Positions 12,201 to 23,768 of a stretch of DNA of 64,000 bases are shown in pieces. Origin of the DNA: Phoronis australis (taxonomy: Eukaryota; Animalia; Phoronida). The position numbers were made by a program, and so were the translations under genes. The notes under the pieces are model-generated. The model ran no database searches. It saw nothing but the letters and a program-made list of their open reading frames with translations, and was not told where the DNA came from. Numbering within the stretch: the first letter of the stretch is position 1; each line of letters opens with the position of its first letter. The DNA lies in the NCBI GenBank assembly GCA_002633005.1, contig NMRA01000034.1, positions 1,487,540-1,551,539 on the forward strand, written 5' to 3'.

Positions 12201-14882
12201 TGTAAAAGTATGTTCACTACGTGTTCTCAATACCAGTGCGCTCTAAGCTCGTTTTCGAAAGGGCTGTCATCTTAGGCAGACTACTTTTAGGGACGAGTAT
12301 TCTGCTGACATACAGTGTATCAATAGGGTTGATGTTTGGGTTGTCATCAGAACTTTGTGGAAAATGGAACACTCACAAGACTTGTTAGAGTGTACTATCA
12401 TGTAAGAAACATTCAAAAATGACCAGTGGTTTGAAAATTAAGAATGACGAGACCTTTTATCTGTTACAAGGAGAAATTCAAGTGGATAAACTTGCTCAGT
12501 TTGTTGCAAACATAGGTCATGTTTTACTTTTGAATCTTTCAAAAGTCCTTAAAGCTTCTTTTCACTTCATCATTCCATGACTTTCTTCATTTGTCAGCCA
12601 TAATTCATCCACAGCTCAGCTTTTCATTGCTCACAATACAATTGAGACTGAACTCGAGGAATTAATTTGCATGTATAGTGATGATGTATCTGTAATTATG
12701 ATATGATCAATTTGGACACACAAATAGGAATATAAATTCTCAGTCACAGTTAGCACAGTCAAACCTTTCACAAGTCTTTGTTATTTTCCCCTTTCACTTT
12801 TAGATCTTTTACAAAAATTACGTGTAATTTGTATAAGACAGTGTGTGCCAAAAATGGTTGCATCCATTGTGTGCTCTGGTGGAGTTCAGAAGTATCGAGA
12901 CTGACCAAATCCATGGCCTGGAAATAGTTTTATTATTAATAGTTGTTTTTAATTTTTATATTTTAACTTTTAATTTTATCTCACTGGGTCTAAAATGTGA
13001 GCATGACGTCATTTACTGAACAAGAGGATATCATAGTGGTCTATGCTTATGATTGAAACAGAGAGTTGTCACCGTATTTAATCATTTGCAATAATTACCG
13101 CAACACCATGCAACATAACTAACAGAATAATGTCCTTGTTTTCAGAGAGATTGCAGAAGCATTAGACAAATACGGCATTTCCGATATCGAGGACATTGCC
13201 ATGGTAGCTAAGATAAAGGATGAGGTACGAAAGCTATGTACTCGAAACAACATTTGTGCACAGATTGCAAGCAATGAGGCAGAGGAAGATTTGGAGTTCA
13301 ACCGTGAAAGATTGATCTACAGATCCAAATCAGAGGTATGGTGACTAAACTACTAGGGATTCTTATAAGTTGGCAGCAACGCTTCTTTCAAACAAGTCAC
13401 ATTGAACACGGCTTGACTAAATTAGGTTAATAAACTAATTAGCAATAACATTTTATAAATGAAAGCCCCACCAAAGTGGCAAATTTGTGACTGCTGTGTG
13501 GCTATAAACCCGCTTTCCATCATGTAAACCAACATTAGGCTCTACATCACATTTTCCAACTGGCAACTTTGAATGCTTCATATGGGTTGGGATTACAAAT
13601 TTTAAAACACTTATGGCAGCACCTGCATTTTTATGGCCAACTTCATTTGTTCGGGGATTAGAGAGCAGAGATGGGTGTAAGTGATGGACTGCTGTCTGTT
13701 CATGGCAACATTCATACTCAACCATAGCTAAGCTACATTAGCTAAGCAATTCATCGTAATACTGTTTTGTTGCTCATTGAATGTCACCCTGCTCAGCTGT
13801 GGATGTATGTCTGTTTAATTTGTTTTTTTCCATTATTTTAAGTTGTAATAATTATTATGTTTTAGAAAAAGTTGGACACAGCCAAGATGTACCGGGCAGT
13901 GAGCAGCATGTCACGTAATAATTCCCCACTAAGGGAGCCAACGTTGTCACCAGGGGCACATCAAGAACTGGACCAGATATTGCACAAGGAGGAAGAGAAC
14001 TCAAGCTCAGATGAGGAAACCAACACAACAGTGTCTGGAAAAAATTCTGCCAAGAAAAGTCGACCAACTACTGCCAGTGGATCCCAGATGAGGGATAGTT
14101 CATCATCTTTTTACTATGGTGACACCCGATTCTCTGAAGGTGATGATGATTCCAGTGACGAGATTACCAACTTTTCACCATCACCGAGTCCTGGAAGATT
14201 TGAGAGTTCTGCTTTTTCCATGAGGTCATCTACAAGGATGTCCGATAGAAAACAAGGGATGAGTCGGGAGGCTTCACCTGTGCCAGAACGTGTTGCTCTG
14301 GCAATGAAATCGGAAACTGTACTTAATTTAATAAAGAAACATGATGCTGAAGACTACCAACTGTGTCATGGAATTGATCTGGGGGAAAGTAGAGAAGATG
14401 ACATTAACACTGTTGATGCAGAGTTGCTTGGGGGTGTTGATGGAGAGTTGGTGAAGAGTGCTGATGTGGAGTTAGTGAAGTATGTTGATGGAGAATTGGT
14501 AAAGGATGTTGATGGAGATCAGACTTTGGCTTTGAGCAGAGGAGGCAGTGACTTTGTTATTAGTGTTGCTAATGAAGAGGACGAGCTCGCTGCAGAGATC
14601 TTAAGAGATCGGAATAACAATGACAATGACAATAACATAAGCACAGACAATTATAAGAGTTATGAAGAAAATTCTCCTCAAGTGAATGATATTAAAAAAG
14701 GAGATTTTTTAAGTTGTGATATTAGAAAGGAAGATTTTCAGGATGAGAGGGGAAATATTGATGAGATTTCTGAAGAAACTTCTAAGCTTATGGTAAGCGA
14801 AGATCCCACTGCTACCAGTAACCTTAACGAAATCGAAAATGACATTATGAGTAAAACAGGCGATGAGTCTGCTGTTGACTGA
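63..14882 (+). CDS. HEATR4: HEAT repeat-containing protein 4-like gene, 5'-partial, spliced: join(63..283,2043..2069,3581..3695,4573..4680,6490..6695,8378..8572,9395..9499,9964..10147,10991..11176,11432..11621,13146..13335,13866..14882)
   Basis: All introns are GT-AG with matching phases, and the joined length gives an uninterrupted frame of ~913 aa to TGA at 14880-14882. Peptides such as IKAITTCARAA, LMWSDWHGEVRKAAAQTLG, MTAKLLPSFLSCFDD, DPIWKIKALAI and LLWALRYEEKPGVRAEAC closely resemble vertebrate HEATR4 as I recall it. Confidence 0.9.
304..402. repeat. (TG)n / (TGTC) compound microsatellite
   Basis: Seen directly in the sequence. Confidence 0.95.
2043..2069 (+). CDS. HEATR4: Candidate 27-nt micro-exon (VDSDADNEK)
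   Basis: Pyrimidine tract plus ttag acceptor; AAG|GT donor; phase 0/0, so it fits between its neighbours. Confidence 0.5.
3581..3695 (+). CDS. HEATR4: HEATR4-like exon (DTAEVLNLQHG...SSSLLQI)
   Basis: ttcttcatag acceptor, GTAAT donor at 3696, phase 0/1 consistent with the next exon. Confidence 0.75.
3843..4055 (+). mobile_element. Degenerate tRNA-derived SINE (same family as 46398)
   Basis: Shares cactgcta..ccttgag..ctagctcct..cagctc and ccaggtgatcag..caa.tgggcccac with the 46.4-kb copy; decayed B box ggttctagtgcc. Confidence 0.7.
4573..4680 (+). CDS. HEATR4: HEATR4-like exon (DDWRAKWHLN...DIHPHIRIK)
   Basis: cacag acceptor, G|GTAT donor, phase 1/1. Matches the HEATR4 W..W...LL..L.D.H..VRIK segment. 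Confidence 0.88.
5186..6000 (+). mobile_element. Old Helentron/HINE-like element remnant in a HEATR4 intron
   Basis: gccgccatctgtgtc..gtcc head and cgcctagtggcagtttt / gcgccacctgg core motifs shared with the elements at 58.1 and 61.1 kb. Ends are approximate. Confidence 0.5.
6490..6695 (+). CDS. HEATR4: HEATR4-like exon, copy 1 (AITTCARAA...LNRPNEK)
   Basis: aaag acceptor, AAG|GTAAT donor, phase 1/0, HEAT-like helical motif VKRAAAITL. Confidence 0.85.
7180..7385 (+). CDS. HEATR4: Identical second copy of the preceding exon (probable assembly duplicate)
   Basis: Same exon sequence 690 bp downstream. Only one copy can be used in frame (206 nt). Confidence 0.5.
8378..8572 (+). CDS. HEATR4: HEATR4-like exon (AEEILRS...LLSQNT)
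   Basis: ttctcag acceptor, GTAAGT donor, 195 nt, phase 0/0, DRWAAVQCLA motif. Confidence 0.9.
9395..9499 (+). CDS. HEATR4: HEATR4-like exon (TLVHSMIAEQLNSSSWRHRVMAC...VSR)
   Basis: ttgcag acceptor, GTATGT donor, 105 nt. Absent from the ORF track but fits both frame and family. Confidence 0.9.
9964..10147 (+). CDS. HEATR4: HEATR4-like exon (DLSSKLTNLMWSDW...IGKL)
   Basis: gaag acceptor, G|GTAGG donor, phase 0/1, HEAT repeat. Confidence 0.9.
10991..11176 (+). CDS. HEATR4: HEATR4-like exon (IMTAKLLPSF...KALAIQ)
   Basis: caacag acceptor, G|GTAG donor, phase 1/1. Confidence 0.92.
11432..11621 (+). CDS. HEATR4: HEATR4-like exon (LGQVGRVT...SEIVK)
   Basis: tttcag acceptor, GTAAGT donor, phase 1/2. 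Confidence 0.92.
13146..13335 (+). CDS. HEATR4: HEATR4-like exon (EIAEALDKYG...YRSKSE)
   Basis: tttcag acceptor, GAG|GTATG donor, phase 2/0, open frame. Confidence 0.88.
13866..14882 (+). CDS. HEATR4: HEATR4-like terminal exon, Ser/Asp/Glu-rich low-complexity tail
   Basis: ttttag acceptor in phase with the 336-aa ORF 13872..14882; stop TGA. Confidence 0.85.
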   Translation, partial: KKLDTAKMYRAVSSMSRNNSPLREPTLSPGAHQELDQILHKEEENSSSDEETNTTVSGKNSAKKSRPTTASGSQMRDSSSSFYYGDTRFSEGDDDSSDEITNFSPSPSPGRFESSAFSMRSSTRMSDRKQGMSREASPVPERVALAMKSETVLNLIKKHDAEDYQLCHGIDLGESREDDINTVDAELLGGVDGELVKSADVELVKYVDGELVKDVDGDQTLALSRGGSDFVISVANEEDELAAEILRDRNNNDNDNNISTDNYKSYEENSPQVNDIKKGDFLSCDIRKEDFQDERGNIDEISEETSKLMVSEDPTATSNLNEIENDIMSKTGDESAVD

Positions 14883-15131
14883 ATGTGATGTCTCAGTGAA
14901 ATAACATTTCAGAGACATCAGCTAAACATTTCTCCATCATCCTTTCTTATATTATGCAGCGAAAATGATGAGGATTTTTTTAGTGAAAGGCTTTATCTTT
15001 GATTTTAATCGCTATACGAAACTGTAGTTTGTTACAAAAGAAGACAGTTTCGAAGATGCCTTGTTCCTTGTTGCAAGGTATTTTTGATTCATGAATAGTA
15101 TACATTTTTGTATACAATATTTTGTGGTGAT

Positions 15132-15162
15132 AATAAAGCCTAGAGCTCCAAGATCAAATAAA
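15132..15162 (+). promoter_or_regulatory. Candidate polyadenylation signals for the HEATR4-like gene
   Basis: AATAAA at 15132-15137 and 15157-15162, ~250 nt after the stop. Confidence 0.5.
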
Positions 15163-16031
15163 CACTTTATTACTCTTAGCATGGTAGAGCTTTATTGTTG
15201 AGCAAAAAATCACGTCTGTGTAATTTTAGGCCAATCAACAATCAAGGTCACAATAAACGAAAGATTAATATGTTCAATTAAAATAAAAAATATTGTCATT
15301 GTGTGAGGTGGTTTAAGTATTTTGAATCGCCACAAATGTATCAACTGACATTTTTTCACGTTGGATGTAAGGTTTTTAAGAATATCACTGTATGATCCAG
15401 GCATGTGAGCCTTCCAGGTAGGTCATTAGGGCACAGATCACACGTTTTTATATTATTATTGTTTTCACATTTGCAAATTGTCATTGAATACAACTGCACT
15501 TCGTGTAACGTAGATTATGTTAAAATAGGATTGTCGTTTAGTTCCTGCTATACATTTACATAGGAGTATGCACATCAATATCCCAATAGACGGAAATGGC
15601 ATTATACTTGAAAAATTATTTTTTGTCATTCCGCCAGTAATGATTGACAGATTTTCTTCACATTACCTTACCCTGACAGCGACGACGATTCTCATCAAAC
15701 CCACCACATCGTCCCCGCCTCTCCAACCTGATATACCCAGTGTTATGTGTGATCTCCCAGATTATCAACTAACAAACAACATGCTGACGGGAAAACAATC
15801 CCAGATGAGTTGATCCACTTCCGAAACTACAGTTAGGATTTGACACCGAGCCGTGCCATTTCAAAAGCTCTAATGACTACGTCATCCACACACCCGCGAC
15901 GTCTACGTAAAACTCTAGGTTGGCGTAATGACCGAATTCTATTAAGTCAAGTTTTGCTAATTATGAGGAGAGAAGCTAGTAGTTTTGCTTAGTGTTAACC
16001 TTTGTGTACCTGATGTGAGGATTAAAAATTG

Positions 16032-16297
16032 CATGCGCGCACCCAGGTGGTACTCGGGGGGGGGCTTGAACGAGCCCCCTCATTTTGCGAAGTGTGCAAA
16101 AACGCTCACCTCAGAGAAACAAAAACTCCGAAAAAGTTGAAAACGAGACAAAAGTCCGCTAAAAAGGCAGGAACTATCAAAACAGCGAATGCAGCACAAT
16201 TCATAGCGCTGAGCGTATCTCTTGAATCTTAGTAAAAGGTCCACATTCTCAAAAAGACGAGACACCTCCCCCTATTTTTAGGCTGGGTGCGCGCATG
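16032..16297. mobile_element. MITE with 15-bp perfect TIR CATGCGCGCACCCAG
   Basis: TIRs at 16032-16046 and 16283-16297; no clear target-site duplication (TSD). Confidence 0.75.
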
Positions 16298-16650
16298 AAA
16301 CTAGTTAAATTTTACCCGGTTGGTTGGTTATGACGAAGCTGCTGCTCATGATGGTGTGATTTGGATTAACAAATAGGAATAGAACTACCCTGTCACCTCA
16401 CATTTTCAAAAATTTTGCAAGTCGTACATTTTCTGATTCAGATAACCACAGGACAATTTATCACTTGGAACTTTTACAAAATTATTTATATGTACTCGCC
16501 ATATTTGTTCTCAGTAATAAGCGCCCATGCCCCTATATACGCGCTCCCACGCGTTTTCAGCCTTCACTCTGGCATGAACGTGTAAATGAGAAAATGACTT
16601 ACCAACAATTCTAAAATTCTACAGTAACGTCTTCAATTTATCAACAAGAT

Positions 16651-17917
16651 CCGGTGTAGAATTAAATAATGACCCCAAGAAAAAATGATCCATGGCCCGG
16701 GTAAGTTTTTCACGGGTTCTAAATGAAATGTGAAGAATTTTGAACCCACGAAAAATGACTTGTCCTGTCAACAGTACCCCCGCGAAAGGGTGCTGGGGTA
16801 AGCAGACATGATACCCGCAATAGGAGATCTTACAACAATGTTCGATACACCCGGCGAATATTTATGTCTGGGGGGACCTACCCGGGGGGGGGCTACTGGT
16901 GTAGGTTGGCTATCAAAGAATGAAAACCACTGAGGAGTGGTGGTCTGGGTCAAGTGGCAATTAGACGAGTCCTAAGCAGAGGACTACCGGGGGAAAGATG
17001 GCGACCGTTAACCTGGGAGGTTTACACAGCGACTGGCTGGGGGAAGGGGGCGGACGCCAAGGAGTACGTGTCAACGGGGCGGGGGAGCAAGGATCAGAGC
17101 CTTTGTCGACCGAGGGAGGGGGCGCCAAAGAGACGTCCATAAGAGAGGGGGATGCAACGAGCCTTTGTCGACCAGGGGGTGCGCCAAGGAAATGTCTCCT
17201 CTGATGAAATCGACAGCGCGGTGCGGACGGGTGAATTGCAATCGTGAGAGGGGAATAATGAGCGTGAGTGAAGAAGTTTATGCTCGCCTGAATGGTGCGT
17301 GGCAAGGGAAATCTACATGTCTTGTTTTTCGGTATATGCAATTAGGTAGAAAAAGTAAGGGCATGCAGGGCAGTCTGAGAAATATCGTGATGTGTGAGAG
17401 CTGGGCTGCCTGTTCACAAGCAAAGAATATTATGTCCGTGACTGAGAAGCTGCTTCAGTTGGATCGGGAAAATTTGAATTCGTGAGAGGATCAAGCGTGC
17501 GTGCTGAACGACGCACGGTATATCATATTAAGGGAAGTGGCGAAAAGGAAAGGAACGGTTTGAAATAATGTGCGGGAACGGGGTTGGTGTTTTTGCTAGC
17601 AAAAAATTGCATGTACAACACACCGAAAAGTGCGTGGTACTAGGTCGGGAGGACTTCAAATAAGTGACCGATCAATAGAGTGCGTGAGAGAATTTTTGTA
17701 CGCCAGCAATCCCGAACGATGCACAGGAAAGAAAGTCTATGTTCACCGCTTTGCTTTTTAACCTTAAAAATCTGCCGTTTATTCATATGTGAAAAAATGA
17801 CCCCATAGGTAGTTCACAAAAATTAAGACCCCATTAAAAAGCGACCTGGGTCATTTTTATTATTAAAAAAATGACCCTGGGTATTTTTTATGGGGTGATT
17901 ATTTAATGCTGCACTGA
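16651..17917. mobile_element. Non-autonomous DNA transposon with ~27-bp imperfect TIRs and AAAATGACCC subterminal repeats, enclosing a GC-rich segment
   Basis: ccggtgtagaattaaataatgacccca vs reverse complement tcagtgcagcattaaataatcacccca; repeated aaatgacc motifs at both ends. Confidence 0.65.
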
Positions 17918-18099
17918 TATTCCTGGAAAATGATCACGGAATTTCTAATATTTTTTGTCAAAATGATAACAGGACACACCAAGTACAATATAGGCTTAAG
18001 AAAAAACATCATGCATATACAAACACAGCCACACATACATCATCCAACCTATAAAATCATGTTTGTTGCAGATAAGTAATATAAGGGTTTATCCCCAAA

Positions 18100-19330
18100 A
18101 CAGTTAGATGGTCAGTGATTATACAGGTAAAATTACTTGTATTGCGTGCAACAAGGGATCGTCTTGTATTCATAGCATTTATAAATAAGACGTTGGCACA
18201 TCATAGCATTTATAAATAAGACGTTGACACATCATAGCATTTATAAATAAGACGTTGACACATCATAGCATTTATAAATAAGACGTTGACACATCATAGC
18301 ATTTATAAATAAGACGTTGACACATACTTAACATGGAATTAGCAGCCTCAAATTTACATTCGAAATATGCTATCAAAATAACATTTTCATTTAAGTTTAA
18401 ATCGTTATGAACAGTTATGAAAAGTAAGAGTTTCAGAATCTCGTACCACAAATTTTTCACAAAGTCACATTTCACAAACATATTTGATTAAATAGTTCCA
18501 CAGCTCCATGACACGCACGTGTGTCCTCACTATTCTAATTAATCGCATCTTATTTAAAACATTTTTTTGTAAAAAATTCATTCTGTATGTACAATAATAT
18601 TTGAACGTTATAACATCAGGAGGCAACGAGTTTTGTGTGGAAGAACGTAAATTTGATAAATTTGTTGGATAAGTTTTTTTATTGCTACACAAATAAATGA
18701 CAATACATTAAAATACAAATACTAAGCCCAGTAAGCGAACCATTATATCCAGGCTTTTAGCTAAAATTAAGCAAAACATAATATTGAGCAAAAATACCAA
18801 AAGTTTAGAGAACAAAAATCAAGAACAAAACCATACAGTAATAAAAGAGAACAATGTTAACAAGAGAATGATTTACAAAAACATAAAATAAGGCTAAGTT
18901 AAAGATCGATCAAACTTATATCCGGAGGAAAACAAAATATTTCCAGAAAACAGTGGGGCTATTTAAGTTAACTGGAAAGAGTTTATACATTTCGACCTTG
19001 AAGGCTCCTGTTTCATCACCATTACACTTCCCTATGCTACATAATTAATGCAGTTTGAAAGTTTATTTCTTTCTTTCAGTTCTTCCCAGGTAAAGACTTT
19101 ATTTTTAACATTCAAAGGGTCCTTCTCAAAAACGATGCCTGCCTCATACAAAGTATTGAAGAGTACAGTACTCTCATCAATCAACATGTTTTTTGTTTTT
19201 GTTTTTGTTTTTCTGCACAATCAACATGTACTCATAGATATCAAGATTTGAAAGAGTCAACAAACTAGTCGCAATTTGATAAAATGACCAGACTACCCCA
19301 ATATGTTTTAAAAACATAGTTTCGAAACAC
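18100..19330 (-). mobile_element. Degenerate L1/Tx1-like LINE, ORF2 C-terminal region
   Basis: Broken frames LYEAGIVFEKD..FTWEELKE and CDFVKNLW...NSML..CQRLIYKC resemble the post-RT / zf-RVT region of L1/Tx1 ORF2; many stops and frameshifts. Confidence 0.65.
18170..18324. repeat. 31-bp tandem repeat x5 (catagcatttataaataagacgttgacacat)
   Basis: Units start at 18171, 18202, 18233, 18264 and 18295; near-perfect. Confidence 0.95.
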
Positions 19331-20394
19331 TTAAAAAACTTCATTGAGTCAATCCAAGCAACGTGTAACCCACTCTACTGATGGCTAGAACAGAATATTT
19401 ACATCTGGAACACACAGAACACTATTTTCATTGGAGTTTAGAGCCACAGTTTTTAATTTTGGGATTTTATCTGCCAAACGTTTATATTATAGTGTTTACT
19501 TTCGCTCTATTTGCCCGGTGCGCTATCCATCCCTACATTTACTCATTACACAAATTATCTTAGAAAGCGCAAAACTACAATTATTCTGCCTAGCAAAGAA
19601 ATATTGCTGCGTTTCTAGAATCAAGTAGTTTGCTCAAGGTACGTCACCAATTAGAAACATTGCTTGTCTCGATCACAGACATTTAAAATGAAAGCTGACA
19701 AGTTGACCTGTAGTACTGTGTTAGAATCTAAATCCAATGCATACTATTCCCGTGGCAAGTTACAGGCCGGGTGACTTCCGGCACACCTCTACACACCTCT
19801 ATACACCCCTACACACCAGAAAATTCAGGAGCCCCAACTGGGCATCGAATCAAAGGTCTCTAGATTGCCGGTCAAGTGCTCTTGCTGTTTTATCTGAAGC
19901 ATATATTTTCCTTGATGTTATCATTTTGATAAATACTTTATTAAACAAAAGTACGCGACCACATGTTATTCCGTAAATGGATTTCTAGGGACAAGAATAG
20001 ATGGACTGTATATTACCGTGTAGATAGGGAATGGGCACTTTTTAATTAAAATCGGTTCCCAAATTTTGCCCCATGTGTTGAAAACTTCTGGTTACGCCAG
20101 TGGGTATGCTTCAAGCATATTGGAAAATAGGGAAAAGAGTAACCTTTCCTCCGATATTTCACAAAGAAAAATCACGTCACTCCAACCAACTTTTGTGATT
20201 TGCCGATAGAGGCCATTGGCGTCTCTTTGACATTTCCTCCCCTTGTGAGGTCGCGCGCACTGATGGGATCTTGTAAACGTCGATCAAGATAACAGTGTCG
20301 CTATAGAATGGGTTCATAATTAAATTTTTCCAAGACTGTGTATGATCAAACCCCTTCTTTCTCCCATTCCATTTCGGCAAAAGGATTTTGTAAT

Positions 20395-20920
20395 TATTAT
20401 TACTACTAGTATTATTATTATTATTACTATTACTATTGCTATTACTGTTATTATTATTATCTTTATCCTTATCATTATTTTTATCATTGTTATTGTTATT
20501 GTTATTATGGACTTAACGAGGACACATAAATATACAAAACTTGCTTAACAAGTGCTATTATACAGCATGATCCTCAAAATAATGAAATAAATAAGTAAAA
20601 TAAATAAATAATATGAATTTGAATTAATTAAAACAGAAATAATTTAATATATTTACAAGATTTTAGCTTAATACAAATAAAATGAAAGACATAAATTGAG
20701 AGAGGACAGCAACAGTAGCCAAATTAATCACTGAAGAATTTTATGAGTTTACGTTTGAAGCCACTGTAGCTGCACTGTTCCTGTATCACATCTGTCAACA
20801 AGGCGTTCCATTCTTGTGCAGCCTATATAAAAATGTAGATCCATAAAATGATGTAGTGTGCCTTGGTACAGCAAAATTATTGTGAGACGAGAATTTAACA
20901 TATAATTTGGGAGTGATTAA
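20395..20920 (-). mobile_element. CR1/L2-clade LINE 3' end with (AAT)n tail
   Basis: Minus-strand peptide NFAVPRHTTSFYGSTFLY/AAQEWNALLTDV...SGFKRKLIKFF has the typical ORF2 C-terminal WNxL..FK..L motif, followed by a 3' UTR and a trinucleotide tail at 20395-20508. Confidence 0.7.
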
Positions 20921-21325
20921 TTTATAAATTTTACCCATCCTTTTTCAGAGAAGATGCGACATATTTACTCCGGAAACACCGGAGGGAGTATAATATCCTT
21001 GCCTCTAAGATAATTCCAAGACTAAAGTATGGAACTAATGAAAATTCCATAGAAATGACCAACAGTACACGGGTCACAATCATGAAAATATCCCTTATCA
21101 GGATCGATTAAGTAATAAATGTATGCCTGATACTCTTCTGAAACAAGTCATTTCAAAATATAGGAATTTTATTCACATAGATTCTTGGATTACATGTATG
21201 TCACAGGTGGTGATGCACTGGGTTACCGACATTAGAGTGGACAATATTTTCGTGTTAGATATTGAATTTGGTCTGCTGGACAATACTCATACTCACAAAA
21301 TAAAACTCATAGAACACCGGACTCA

Positions 21326-21690
21326 TCACGCCTCCTTGAAAAGAGAAGATGGTACTGTAGATTGGCGGGAACCGTCGTCTGTTGCCTTCTCACGAGATCT
21401 TGTCTGGTTAACGACCTCACGTATACTCTCGTACCAAACAGACGACACTTTGAAGCGAGCTTCATCTTGCTTGAATTTGTTCAGCGAAGGATTTAGTGAT
21501 TTAATTAACATAGCCTCCTGAACACCTCTCTGAAACCAGTTTTTCTTCCCGTGCAGGATATTGGCATTGCCATTCTTAAATTCGTGGCCTGTGTCCTGGA
21601 GGGGCTTAAACACAGCGGACGACATACCCTCACCAGAAGCCTTTTCAGCTATGTTGCACCATGCGATGGAAATCGGGTTTATAGCGTCTT
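21326..21690 (-). mobile_element. Penelope-like retroelement remnant (GIY-YIG endonuclease C-terminus)
   Basis: RMVQH (frameshifted), then SAVFK..TGHEF...ILH.KKNWFQRGVQEAMLIKSLNPSLN, the characteristic end of the Penelope GIY-YIG domain. Confidence 0.8.
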
Positions 21691-21963
21691 TAAAGGAACA
21701 ATAAACTCGCGCCTTGTGCCAAAAAACTTTTGTTTTAGGCCACTCAGTTTCTGTTATGAAATCGGTCTAATTTTATTTTTTACTCATATTAGAAATGATA
21801 TTTAGCTTGAGAAGAAATTAAGTTGCTTGTCACGAGTTAGCTGTAATCGCCAAGACAATACGGTCGTCAGAGGAGGTTCATGGGAAATTTGAGCTAGCTT
21901 CCCCAGACCGTCAAAATTTCTTCTCCCCCCTCGCTGCAATTTCCCATGGTAGTCACAGTTTTA

Positions 21964-21987
21964 AACACACACGCACACGCACACGCA

Positions 21988-22034
<47 letters not shown>
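21964..22034. repeat. (CA)n microsatellite
   Basis: Seen directly in the sequence. Confidence 0.95.
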
Positions 22035-22035
<1 letters not shown>

Positions 22036-22840
22036 AAACATTGGTCATATTACATTTCACCGTATCCCTTCCGGTTACGACAATTTTCACTTAAAGGGCC
22101 TTTGTTTATGTGAGGCGCTAAGTTTAGTTGTAAGTTGTAACAACAGAGTATCGCTCATAGCTGCTTTAATATTGAAAGTTGTTGAATTCAACAAAAGAAA
22201 AACTTTCCAGTCACAAAATTTTGTATGCATTCTAGATTTTAATTATTTTGAAAAGAATACGAAATTCACTGCAAACTGACTTGTATGGTTTAAACTTTGT
22301 GGAAATATTGTTGCACTTGAAGTCTTACTGGCAAGTTTTGTGCAAATCAAGTGTACAGTGTATGTGATAACAGTTGAAGGCAACGTGAATGGTTCGTGCA
22401 TTATATTGCGTGTTAGTCTCGCTTACGTGTGTTCCAGCCAGAGTACGACTGTATTCACGATCTCCCCTCTGAATATTCAAACACAATTTGTACGTACGTC
22501 ATCTTCATCATGTGTAACAATGAAACGTGAATTTTAGTGTAACTTTCTATCTCCTTTCTCTCTCTTACCCATTTTCAACTAGTCTAGGAAACGTAGAGAT
22601 TTGTTCGTTTTAAATAAACATGGAATTTTATCCCAAGCTATTTTACTAATACTATGGATAAAAACCAACACCTTAAGTTGAACTGACAACTCATTTACGG
22701 TGAAATAAAATATACTTCAACAAACTTCATATCATAATATAACTTAGCAACAATCATCGATGTTGTTTTTATACTGAAGGTAGTAGTTATAATCACGACA
22801 TTTATGTCCATTTGTTCAATCCCATAACTATGCACACCTG

Positions 22841-23768
22841 TTAATTGGCATGCACTCTCATGTGTCTGTTCAGATTTCCCGATTGCGAGAACCTCAGTAA
22901 ACAAATTTTGCACTGATACGGTTTTTCGCCCGAGTGAATTCTTAAATGCTTCGTCAAGGTTGAGCTGTCACTAAAAGCCTTTTTGCACATACGACAGCGA
23001 TAAGGACGCTCGCCAGAATGCGTGCGCATATGTGTGGTGACAGAAGAACTCTGAGAAAACCGCCTGTCGCATATAGGGCAGTTGAACGGCTTTTCGCCGC
23101 TGTGAGTGCGCAGATGCGCCGTCAAGTTAGCAGCTTGAGAAAAAGACTTGCTGCACGAAGAGCACCGATAAGGCTTCTCGCCGGAGTGAGTGCGCATGTG
23201 CGTTTTCAAAGTACTTGGTCTGGCATAGTTCTTGCCACAAATTCTGCAAATGTTCAATTTCGACAACTCGTTCATGTTTGAATGACCACTCCGCGCTCCG
23301 TGGATGAATTTAATACCCTTATTCACCACATGATTCCTAGAATACAACTTTGAAAAATCCGAGACGTAGTGGTCTGGTTTTGTGGCGTGCACGTCCGGTG
23401 GAAAGTAATACGAATCTCGTGAATACGGAGCGGCCGTATTCAAACTGCCGTAGAAATATCCATCGTCAGGGGCCTGTGGAGCGGTATAGTATGCCGGTTC
23501 GTAATGCTGAGGGTGTTGATGAGGTGACCACGGCGGCTGGTGAACCGTGTGGGTCGCTTGGGGTACGCCGACGTTCATGCTCATCGACACGTTTACACTG
23601 AAGAGACTGGAGCCGTGTACGTCGTGTTCAGGGTAAGGTGGACTAGAATAGTGTCCTTGATAGTATGGCTGAGGGCCCTGTTGCAGTGGCGACATCTGGG
23701 GGTGAACAATAGCGTGTTTCAGCGATAACAGGGCATCGGCGACGTCCTGTGGATTCTTATCTTTTTCT
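22841..23768 (-). CDS. gl: Glass C2H2 zinc-finger transcription factor, last coding exon (5 fingers)
   Basis: Finger array [14 protein letters not shown] / [10 protein letters not shown] / [10 protein letters not shown] / [10 protein letters not shown] / [10 protein letters not shown] is the diagnostic Glass set. Glass-family motifs [16 protein letters not shown] and SVNVSM are also present. The ttttcag acceptor at 23769 extends the ORF 73 nt upstream of the ORF-track ATG. Confidence 0.96.

Noticed and set aside
16766-17725. Definite solo LTR
   Set aside because: TG...CA ends are present but the flanks (gtcc / ggaa) are not a direct target-site duplication; kept only as an open finding.
21290-21420. 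Hammerhead ribozyme downstream of the Penelope ORF
   Set aside because: Only gTGATGAG is seen on the minus strand, with no stem II followed by GAAA. The other CTGATGA hits I checked also lack the core.
23018-23728. Plus-strand ORFs overlapping glass
   Set aside because: Antisense shadows of the GC-richer glass coding exon.
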